NCBI GenBank assembly: GCA_031426555.1
Contig: JANPLN010000065.1
Coordinates: forward strand, 1 to 64,000
From: Bdellovibrionales bacterium
GTDB taxonomy: Bacteria; Bdellovibrionota; Bdellovibrionia; Bdellovibrionales; JAGQZY01
Direction of reading: 5' to 3'
Length of the DNA: 64,000 nt
Part shown: positions 10,171 to 19,400 of the stretch, in pieces
Position numbering within the stretch: the stretch's first letter is position 1
Layout: the number at the start of each line of letters is the position of its first letter
Notes under the pieces: model-generated
Database searches by the model: none
Told to the model about the DNA's origin: nothing
What the model saw: only the letters and a program-made list of their open reading frames with translations
Made by a program: the position numbers and the translations under genes

Positions 10171-11040
10171 ATGAAGTATATATTCTCTTTACTCGCCTTA
10201 TTTGCCTTGGTGTCCTGCGCGGAGGAAGAAGACGCTGTAGATATTCAGGAGACCGCCCAACAGATCGGCGACGTTATGGCTTCCGTGGATGAATCCGGCG
10301 GCACCACCAACGGAACCATGGTCATGATGGAAAGTCACAAGCGAATGATGGCAGCTCGCGAAAAAGCAGCCAGATCCTTTTCATTTTTGAACTCGTTTGG
10401 ATTGTTACCCACGGCACAAGCCGTGGCTTGCAAGGACACAACGTTTACGGGCTGTGCCTCTTCGCAAAAGGTTCGCGATCTTGGTGGATGCACCATCGGT
10501 GCTGCAACATTTACCGGCGACATCACCTTGCAGTTTAGCGATAACATGTGCGTGATAGATTCCGACGGCGATTCGGTAGAAAGAAATCCTGATTTTACCG
10601 TCAGCGGCATTCGTGGAGCCAATCTGACTGTGACGAAAACTGGAACTTACGGACAGCGTATCACCCGCGTCTCCAGCGGCAACTTTACGTTTGCCAACGA
10701 CGGGATTCGTCGTCTTTTTACGCTTGCTGGAGAAACACTCTTTGATTATACAACTCGCACCACATCAGCCATAAGCATAACAGGGACCACGCGTAGCGAC
10801 CGTGTTATGACGGGTGGCCAATTGCGAGTCACAAATAATATTTCTGGCGTTAATTGCAACTATGTTCCAAGCAATGTCACCTGGGCATCGAATTGTAATT
10901 GTGCCACCTCCGGCACATGGACAGGAACTTGCTCCGACGGCAAAGAAACTACTATTACCGTCACTGGCTGCGGAGCCGGAACCATTATTGTGGGTGAAGA
11001 GTCTGAAGGACTTTCTTTTGATCGCTGTTACAGCTTATAA
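10171..11040 (+). CDS. Thr/Gly/Cys-rich lipoprotein
   Basis: GGAGG RBS, lipobox LVSC, beta-rich Cys-rich body. Confidence 0.75.
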   Translation: MKYIFSLLALFALVSCAEEEDAVDIQETAQQIGDVMASVDESGGTTNGTMVMMESHKRMMAAREKAARSFSFLNSFGLLPTAQAVACKDTTFTGCASSQKVRDLGGCTIGAATFTGDITLQFSDNMCVIDSDGDSVERNPDFTVSGIRGANLTVTKTGTYGQRITRVSSGNFTFANDGIRRLFTLAGETLFDYTTRTTSAISITGTTRSDRVMTGGQLRVTNNISGVNCNYVPSNVTWASNCNCATSGTWTGTCSDGKETTITVTGCGAGTIIVGEESEGLSFDRCYSL

Positions 11041-11196
11041 AAAACCATCAAAGCGTTTCACGCTGAGGCAGATTTTGTCTCGTGTCGAGATAGTAGACGT
11101 TTTTTTCTAAATGCCCTCAAGTCCTTGGTCGAGGACGCCGAAAGTCTAAATGGAGAGTGTTTAAAGACTCTCTCCTTAATTTTCCGGGGGGAAAAA

Positions 11197-11643
11197 ATGA
11201 GAGCACAGTCTTTGTGGCATGGAGCCATTCTTTCTAGCAGTTTAGTTGGAATCTTTCTGGCCGGCGCTTTAATTTTTAAAGTTTACAACGCCAAGCCCAG
11301 AGCGCGCCTTCATTCACAGCATGTAAAGCTAGATCCTTCAAAAGTGAACCTCATCAAAATCATCAAACCTAACCGCAGCAAGGCTACGGGATCCGTAACG
11401 GCCAAGCGTGGACGTCGGGTAGCAAGTGCTGCACCTGCCGCCGTGAACGACTTATTCAGTCCTTTTGGACCTTTAAAAGGCCTAACAGCCCGCGAGCGCT
11501 TTCACTTTAAAAAAGAAGTGCTCGGCTACGTCGACACCAAAATTCGCCGCGGCTCCATCGACCCCCGCAATCGCTACCGCTTCATCGAGATGAAAGTGCT
11601 AGATAAGTCACTTGAGATGCTCGAAGCACGAGCTTCTAACTAA
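11197..11643 (+). CDS. Membrane-anchored hypothetical protein
   Basis: N-terminal hydrophobic helix, basic body; likely start MRAQS. Confidence 0.6.
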   Translation: MRAQSLWHGAILSSSLVGIFLAGALIFKVYNAKPRARLHSQHVKLDPSKVNLIKIIKPNRSKATGSVTAKRGRRVASAAPAAVNDLFSPFGPLKGLTARERFHFKKEVLGYVDTKIRRGSIDPRNRYRFIEMKVLDKSLEMLEARASN

Positions 11644-11675
11644 CAGAGATGCTCGAAGCACGAGCTTCTAACTAA
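11614..11675. repeat. Exact 30-bp direct repeat with 2-bp spacer
   Basis: GAGATGCTCGAAGCACGAGCTTCTAACTAA at 11614-11643 and 11646-11675. Confidence 0.95.
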
Positions 11676-11732
11676 AAGCCTTGCTTGTAGCCTGCCATAC
11701 TCCTAACTTGGGGTTTTCCTTAGGGAGTACCA

Positions 11733-13838
11733 ATGCGTCAGGCGTTATGTCTATTCAGCACAGTGATTTTTTTGTTATCTTGTCAGTCCATGAAAACAAA
11801 ACCCCAAGGTCCGCCCAAAGCCCAAAAAATAACTCACGAAATGAATCTCCATGGCGATGTTCGTACCGATCCCTATTTTTGGATGCGCGAGCGCGACACT
11901 GAACCCGTCCTCAGCCATTTAACGACCGAAAACGATTACGCCAAAACAAATCTGCAAGCGAGCAAGCCCACAGCGGATGTTTTGTTCGGCGAGATGAAAG
12001 CGCGAATCAAAGAAGACGATTCCTCGGCACCAAGCCGCAAGGGTGAGTATTTTTATTATACGCGCTACGAAAAGGGAAAAGAGTACGCTATCTACTGTCG
12101 TAAAAAAGGTGCGCTGACGGCATCCGAAGAGATTCTCTTAGATATTAATGTTCTTGCGAAAGGCAAAAAGTACTATTCAGCTGGCGTTGTGGATATTTCC
12201 ACCAATCACGAGCTTCTCGCTTTTGTCGTTGATGATGTTGGGCGACGATTTTACTCAATCCATTTTAAAAATTTAAAAACCGGCGAAATTCTTAAACAAA
12301 AAATCGCCAACACCACAGGGAGTTGGACCTGGGCCAGCGACAACAACACTGGTTTTTATAGCCAGCAAAATCCCGAAACTCTGCGCTCCGAAAAAGTTTT
12401 TCGCTATAATCTCAGCGCTAATAAAGCCACCGAGGTCTATTACGAAAAAGACGATATGTTTAATGTGGGAGTTGGAAAATCTCTCAATGGAAAAACCATT
12501 TTTATCGAAACTAACAGCGTGAATAGCTCGGAGTACCTTTATACCTCTGCCGACCGCCCCGAAGAGAGTTTTAAAATATTTTTGAAACGTGAAAAAAACC
12601 ATGAGTATGATCTCGAAGACGGCGGCGATGGTTTTTACATCCGCACAAATTGGAAGGCCGTGAACTTTCGGTTGATGAAAGCCGCTTACACTGCGACAAG
12701 TAAAAATCAATGGCGCGATGTTGTGGCTCATCGCAAGACAGTCTACTTGCAATCCGTGGCAGTGTTCGAATCCTTTATAGCCACCGAAGTGCGCGAAAAG
12801 GGTTTAGCACAAATCGAAATCCGTCATCGCAAGGATAAAAAGAAATCGCTGATTGGTTTTAAAGATCCCGTTTACTTGGCTGGCAATGGCCTCAACGAAG
12901 AGTACGCTACAAATACCTTACGCTATTCCTACAGCTCGTTAGTGCAGCCCGACGCCGTGTTTGATTACAATTTAAAAACGAAAAAATCAGTTTTGGTAAA
13001 ACAAAAAGAAATTCCAACCTACGAAGCAAAAAAATATGCTTCTGAGAGAGTTTGGGCGAAGGCCAAAGATGGCTCGCGCATCCCGATTTCCATCGTTTAC
13101 CGCAAAGACCTTTTCAAAAAATCGCAAAATCCACTCTTTGTTTACGGTTATGGCTCCTACGGACTTTCCATGGAAGCTCAATTTCGCCCCAACGTGGTGA
13201 GTTTGCTAGACCGTGGCTTTGTTTACGCCATTGCCCATATTCGCGGAGGGCAGGAGTTGGGTCGCGACTGGTTCGAAAAAGGTCGGCTGATGAATAAGAA
13301 AAACACGTTCACAGATTTTATCGAGAGCACGGAGTATTTGCTAAAATCGGGCTATGGCAAACCAGGCCACGTTTACATGCAAGGCGGCAGCGCCGGTGGA
13401 TTGCTGATGGGAGCGGTGATGAACCTGCGCCCCGATCTGTACCATGGCGTGCACGCCGCTGTGCCCTTTGTGGATGTGCTCACCACGATGCTGGATGCAT
13501 CGATTCCGCTCACCACGGGTGAGTATGAGCAGTGGGGCAACCCCAACGAGAAGAAAGCCTACAACTACATCAAGAGCTACTCGCCCTACGACAATGTGAA
13601 GTCGCAGAAGTATCCCCATTTGCTGATCACCACCGGCTATCACGACTCGCAGGTGCAATACTGGGAGCCATTAAAGTGGGCGGCAAAACTTCGCGAAAAT
13701 AATTTAGCTGACACGTTGATTTTGATGAAAACCGAAATGGGCGCTGGCCACAGCGGCGTCACCGGTCGCTTTTCGCGCACCCGCGAAATCGCCGAAGAGT
13801 ACGCCTTTTTAGTTTGGCTGGAGAGTGTTAATAATTGA
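11733..13838 (+). CDS. ptrB: Oligopeptidase B (S9A), lipoprotein
   Basis: Lipobox LLSC; YGYGSYG, GGSAGG, HDSQV, GAGH motifs. Confidence 0.93.
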   Translation: MRQALCLFSTVIFLLSCQSMKTKPQGPPKAQKITHEMNLHGDVRTDPYFWMRERDTEPVLSHLTTENDYAKTNLQASKPTADVLFGEMKARIKEDDSSAPSRKGEYFYYTRYEKGKEYAIYCRKKGALTASEEILLDINVLAKGKKYYSAGVVDISTNHELLAFVVDDVGRRFYSIHFKNLKTGEILKQKIANTTGSWTWASDNNTGFYSQQNPETLRSEKVFRYNLSANKATEVYYEKDDMFNVGVGKSLNGKTIFIETNSVNSSEYLYTSADRPEESFKIFLKREKNHEYDLEDGGDGFYIRTNWKAVNFRLMKAAYTATSKNQWRDVVAHRKTVYLQSVAVFESFIATEVREKGLAQIEIRHRKDKKKSLIGFKDPVYLAGNGLNEEYATNTLRYSYSSLVQPDAVFDYNLKTKKSVLVKQKEIPTYEAKKYASERVWAKAKDGSRIPISIVYRKDLFKKSQNPLFVYGYGSYGLSMEAQFRPNVVSLLDRGFVYAIAHIRGGQELGRDWFEKGRLMNKKNTFTDFIESTEYLLKSGYGKPGHVYMQGGSAGGLLMGAVMNLRPDLYHGVHAAVPFVDVLTTMLDASIPLTTGEYEQWGNPNEKKAYNYIKSYSPYDNVKSQKYPHLLITTGYHDSQVQYWEPLKWAAKLRENNLADTLILMKTEMGAGHSGVTGRFSRTREIAEEYAFLVWLESVNN

Positions 13839-13892
13839 TTCCAAGGCCCCAGCAAATAGGCTTTCAGATAATACTTCAAGTCTTCTAAACAT

Positions 13893-14711
13893 TTAAATTT
13901 TCGTCACGTCGCCAAGCTTACTAATATAAAAGCGCTTGGCGATGGGGCTGTCGTCGTAGGCCACAAAAAAATCGCCATCGGGAGAGCGCACAAGGCCGAT
14001 GGGCTCGATGAGGCGCTCGCGACCGGGGGAGCCACCGTTTTTGTAGGTCATGCGCACTCGGGTGCGTTGGTACATGGCATCGATCAAAAGTCCTAAACTC
14101 TTCGATTTAAATTTTAATTCATCCATGGAGTAGTCTTTCCAATAAAGCTCTCCATCTTGCATTTGAAAAATATCTTCCAATGATTTGAGCTGCGCGCGTT
14201 CAATACAGTGGAGCGCCACTTGCAGGCAAGCGATGGCGTCGTCCAAGGCGCGATGGGCTGCACCCTGAGTAATGCCCAAGTGGGGGATGAGAGTTTGTAG
14301 CTTGTGATTTTTGGAATCCTTAATCACATTGCGCGAAAGGCGGCTGCTGCAGATCACAGGTTTTGAAGGCAGCTCAAGGCCCAGGGCTTCAAAGCCCACA
14401 GAGATAAAACCCATATCAAAAGACGCGTGGTGAGCAATCAGTGTCCCATCTTGAATAAATTTGTGGAACCCAGGGAGAACATCCTTCAGTGCCGGTGCAT
14501 CTTGCACCATTTCGTTGGTGATTCCATGGATTTTAATCACTTCCTCACCCATTGGTCGAATGGGCTTGATGAGTGACTGAAAGGTATCGATGATTTCGCC
14601 GTTAAGATATTTAGCAGCGGCGATTTCGCAAATCTCGGATTCGATGGGGTATTTGCCTGTGGTCTCTGTGTCAAAGCCGATAAAAGTAGAATTTAAACTG
14701 GTCGTGATCAT
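13893..14711 (-). CDS. DnaQ-like DEDDh 3'-5' exonuclease with C-terminal WYL-like domain
   Basis: FDTETTG, AHHASFD, HRALDD; C-terminal MTY...ERLIEPIGL...FFVAY...KRFYISKL. Confidence 0.85.
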   Translation of the reverse strand: MITTSLNSTFIGFDTETTGKYPIESEICEIAAAKYLNGEIIDTFQSLIKPIRPMGEEVIKIHGITNEMVQDAPALKDVLPGFHKFIQDGTLIAHHASFDMGFISVGFEALGLELPSKPVICSSRLSRNVIKDSKNHKLQTLIPHLGITQGAAHRALDDAIACLQVALHCIERAQLKSLEDIFQMQDGELYWKDYSMDELKFKSKSLGLLIDAMYQRTRVRMTYKNGGSPGRERLIEPIGLVRSPDGDFFVAYDDSPIAKRFYISKLGDVTKI

Positions 14712-14725
14712 GGGGATCTTGTATC

Positions 14726-16459
14726 ATGGAGCACATGACGAAAGCACTTGTAATTTTTCTGTTAGTTATTGTTGGCAATGCAGCGCAGGCCCTGGATATT
14801 TCGCCTGCAAACGACAAGCAACCGGTGCAGGTAAAATCCGCGCGAGTGTCCCCGCTCGAGGTAAAGCCGGGCAGTCGAATCAGCGTTTCCATTGATGTGG
14901 ATATCACGCAAGGTTTTTCGGTTTATGAAGACAAACTCAAATTGTTCCCGCTGGAGCCCGATGGAATGACTTTGGGTGGTTTGCAAATGACACCGGTGGT
15001 GGAGTTTGTGGATTTTTCAGGAAAACAGCATCGCGGATTACTGAAAACCGCCCGCCTCGATTTTTTTGCCGAAATTCCCAAGGATGCAGACGCCCCTTTA
15101 AAAACCTTCGCCATGGATTTGGAATACATTGCGTGCACCACCAAGTACTGTTCACCGCCCACCAAGCTCGAAGTAAAGCTTCCGATAAATATCCAGTCGC
15201 GAGATCTGGTGCCCAATTCCTCCATGATCGAACAGCAGATTTCTAAAAATTTATTTTGGGCGTTCGTCCTCGTTTTTGTTTTCGGGTTTTTAACGTCTCT
15301 CACGCCGTGCGTGTATCCGCTGATTCCCATCACTCTCGCGGTGATTGGAGCTCGCGCTTCACAACTCTCTAGGGCACAGGCATTTGGTTTAAGTTTTGTC
15401 TATGTGCTTGGGATCTCGGCCACTTATTCTTTACTTGGTGTTGTAGCGGCAAAAACGGGGGCTTTGTTCGGACAGGCGTTGAGTTATCAGCCTGTCGTTA
15501 TGGCCTTTGTGATTCTTTTTGTATTAATGGCCTTAAGCATTTACGGGTATTTCGAAATTGGAATTCCACATTTTATTAGCAAGCGTCTCGAAAAATCAGG
15601 GGACAATCGCGGCTACATGGGCGCCTTCTCGTCGGGGCTCATCGCCGGAATCGTCGCCAGTCCCTGCGTGGGCCCGGTGCTGGTGGGAGTGCTTGCGTAC
15701 ATCGCAAAAACGCAAAACATCGTACTTGGATTCTGGTTGTTATTTACCTTCGCCATGGGCATGGGTGTTTTATTTTTATTTATTGGAACTTTTAGCTCGT
15801 CGTTTAAAAAACTACCGCGCTCGGGGCCCTGGATGGACGTGGTCAAATTTGTGCTTGGCACAACCATGTTGGGTGTGGCGCTGTATTATTTAAAACCGCT
15901 GCTGCCCGATGCATGGTTTACCATCTGCTTAGCATTGATGATTGCCGCAGCTCTCTTTATTTTTATCGCCAAGGTTTACCCAAAGGTGGATCATAAATTT
16001 TGGCACTACATGCCGTTTATCTTTTGCGCGCTGATTGTTATTAGCCCCTTAGTCATAAAAATTCCAACGTCGTCACGCAGTACAGAGCAAACGCAAAAAG
16101 CGGCCCTTAAAAACGGTTGGACCTACTATTCCGAAGACGCCTTAAGCAAAGCCAAAGAGCAGGGAAAGCCCGTCATTATCGATTTTTTTGCCGACTGGTG
16201 CGCAGCCTGCCTCGAGCTCGATGAAAAAACTTTCGCGAAGCCTGAATTTATCGAAGCGACAAAAAATTACACGTTGCTAAAAGTGGACGCTAGCGAAAAC
16301 TTTCCAGAGCTTGCAGATTTACAAAAGAAGTACGAAGTCTATGGCTTGCCAACGATTGTATTTATCGACAAAACCGGCAACGTGGTCAAAGAGCTTACGC
16401 TCACCGGCTTCGAAGAGATCGAGCCCATGATGGCTCGATTGAAGACATTGAATCCTTAA
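14726..16459 (+). CDS. dsbD: Thiol:disulfide interchange protein DsbD
   Basis: N-domain CTTKYC, transmembrane TPCVYP and SPCVGP, thioredoxin WCAAC. Confidence 0.92.
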   Translation: MEHMTKALVIFLLVIVGNAAQALDISPANDKQPVQVKSARVSPLEVKPGSRISVSIDVDITQGFSVYEDKLKLFPLEPDGMTLGGLQMTPVVEFVDFSGKQHRGLLKTARLDFFAEIPKDADAPLKTFAMDLEYIACTTKYCSPPTKLEVKLPINIQSRDLVPNSSMIEQQISKNLFWAFVLVFVFGFLTSLTPCVYPLIPITLAVIGARASQLSRAQAFGLSFVYVLGISATYSLLGVVAAKTGALFGQALSYQPVVMAFVILFVLMALSIYGYFEIGIPHFISKRLEKSGDNRGYMGAFSSGLIAGIVASPCVGPVLVGVLAYIAKTQNIVLGFWLLFTFAMGMGVLFLFIGTFSSSFKKLPRSGPWMDVVKFVLGTTMLGVALYYLKPLLPDAWFTICLALMIAAALFIFIAKVYPKVDHKFWHYMPFIFCALIVISPLVIKIPTSSRSTEQTQKAALKNGWTYYSEDALSKAKEQGKPVIIDFFADWCAACLELDEKTFAKPEFIEATKNYTLLKVDASENFPELADLQKKYEVYGLPTIVFIDKTGNVVKELTLTGFEEIEPMMARLKTLNP

Positions 16460-19400
16460 AACAAGTCTACGCAGCGCAATCCGGTTTGCGCAGGTGCGGC
16501 CGGCCGAGTTACTTGAAGTGTCATCCCCGTTCGCGATCGTTCCACCACGGACTTGAGTTCCGAGGAAATAAGGCTGTCCACGAGTACGTCCCAGGGGCCC
16601 ATGCTTTTTGGATCTCTCTTTGAAGGTTCACCTCTCCGTTGAAAGAACAATCGCATTATGATTCTTCTTAAAATCACGGATTCGAAAACAGCTCGATCTA
16701 AAATGATGGCTCGTTCCTTGGTTTTAACACTCAACGTTGAGTTGATATGATCAATTTTTGTTACCCCTCCAATCAAAGTTTCGATTTTCTTGGCGGAGGC
16801 GATGTCATCTGCGTGGCCAGAGATTGGTTTTACAAGATGCGCGTAGAGAGTTCGGTAAAGTTTCGCAGACTCGATGCTTTGATTGAGCTGCATTTGATAC
16901 AGAATTTCCATGACCTCGGGGGAAGGATAAAATAGACGTTCTAAATTCAATTGCTGAAGTTCTTGTTGATATCTCTGCCCAAATTGCTGGGACCAAAGCA
17001 CTATTTCTTTCGATCTCACATCGCCAAGGCCGTCAACATCTTCGAGATGTCCTCCGTATTTGGCTAAAAAATAAAATGGGAGGGCGGTAAAAATTCGCGT
17101 GCCAAAAACCATTCCATTTGCATTATCGAGACTGATTCTGCTGAGGTCCATGGGAAGTTCGTCGTGACTCAACGGTTTCAGTAACCAGTCTTTCATGGTC
17201 AGTGCCCACGGCGCAGCAGCTTTATTTACATAATTTAGCTTCTCTGCAAGTACGGAAACTATATCAAGTGTTTTCTCTCTTTGCGCAATGCTGAGGGTTT
17301 CTAATTGGGGATTGTAGACAATGCGGCGGTAGTATTCCAGCCACCAAACAGCATTTACAGTTTTAGGTAGCGTCACATTGTGGGATTTGTCTACTAGATA
17401 GTCTTCGCCGTGGTCTTGCATAGCCCGATAGCGGAAGTCCATGAGATCATCTCCGGTCATCGTGTATTTGGAGAGCTTGAGTTGGGCTTGAAGAGCTTGC
17501 CGGTGAGATTCATCGATATGATCGATCATTCGTTGGGCAAAGGGCGCTTGGTCTAGAAGATCTTGAAGAAGAAGCGGCGGCAGTGGTTGTAGAGTGGTGG
17601 CTATTTTAGAAAACCAGTTTAATTTCTCATCTGGAAGAACAACACCAAAGGCTTTCACGGCTTCGACAGCCAATGCTTGCTTCATCATGTAGAGCTCGAT
17701 GTTGCTGACCTGTGAGCCAATGTAAGCATCGACTTGGTAGGCTCTGTGAAGAGTAAAGATGCCATCTTGAGGAGTCAGGCGGTGGGGAGAAGCATTACCG
17801 CCCAGTGTGATGTCTGCGTCCAAAAGGGGTTGAGCAAACTGAGCAATAAATTGCTTTTGTCCTGGATTTTGCAACGACAGCTGACGAGCCAAAGCGGCCA
17901 ATCTAAACAACGGAATTTTTCCATTGCGTGCATGGATCCCATCGAAGGGAAGTCCCACGGAAAGACTTTGCATACGAAGTTTAGCAACATCCGATGAAAG
18001 GCGTGTGAGTTTTAGTAAATCCTCTGTTCCTTCAAAGGATTCCGCCCACCTGTAATCATAGTGCCAAGGATTTGTGATCCCCAACCTTTGAAAATTGGTA
18101 ACCACTTTGTGTCTGTAAGTTGGGAGCGCATAGGGTGTGCGTGTACTAGTCTCTGTTTGTAGAATCATTTTTAAAAGAGACGGAGCGTTTGGAGCTGCTA
18201 AGACAAGACGTCGCCCTTCGCTGGAGTTCAAAAGAGAAAGTATATTCACAATGGCCACAATTTGCTTTTTTTCAAAATCGGTTAAAGACTTTATGGTGTC
18301 GGCCCAGCTTTCCGGAAAGAGTTCTGTTTTCCCTTGAACAAAGGCCTCATAGACTCTGTGGATACCGCTTTCAGGGCCTAAACGAACACTAGGGTCATTC
18401 ATCATGGCTTCGTAAGTTCGCTGCATGGGGTGTTCTAGCCCGTCATAAAAAAGGCGTTCGATTTGAACATCCTGCAGGAAATATTGCCAAGGTAAGCTGA
18501 GCATTTTCCAGTTGGTAAAAATAAATTCGGAAAGCTGTCTTGAAATCTTGGGCCCAGCACTTTTTTCAGTATTCATCGACCATCTTCCATCAAGATGCAG
18601 ATCTGCTCTTTCTAGGATGGTCTGCACCCAATCATTGATTTGGGTTGAGGTGGGTGGATCAACTTTTACACTCCAACCAAACTGAATTGCAATTTTAGAG
18701 GATTGGCTGAGAATATCGCGCTCTGCATTTTTTAACTTTTGCAGTTCTGAATCATTGATAAGGTCCTTGTCTGATTGAGCTCTTTCCATAATTTCGAGCA
18801 TTGGACTGTCAACTTGCAAGCTGACTAAAGAGTCGATGCTGACCTTTTGGTCATCGAGGGTGATGCCAGACCCCTTTTTTTCTGTGTATTTGCGAAAGGG
18901 CTCATTGCTTTTAGGATCAAATTGGAAAACGGGAAACAGCGTGCTTAAAAGATGGCCAGGAATTTCCTGAAAAAAACGTATAAAAGAACCACCGAAATCT
19001 GTGAGACGAATTCCGGTTTTTAGCTGACTCAAACGCGTTCCTCGACCGAATGCTTGCAAAAGAACTTTAATATTAGAGGATGTGTTCACGTAGACGATTC
19101 GATTTGCTGACGGTAAGTCCACTCCTTCTCCAAGCAGGTCCACACTGATTAGATATCGATGTCTGTGGGAGCTTTGCGTACTATTAAACCAATCTATATT
19201 CTGAGCGACCACGTCCACTGAATTACTTTGTTTTTGTCCTGAGTGAACGACACGAAACTCCATGTTTTCGCTTTTTGCCATTTCGTTGAGGAATATTTTG
19301 TAAATTTCGGCGTGCACGATCGAGGGTACAAAAATGATACCGCGGTCGTACTCAGCCACACGGTCGTTGCGGTCGCGCTGAAATTGCGCTCGCAGGTCGT

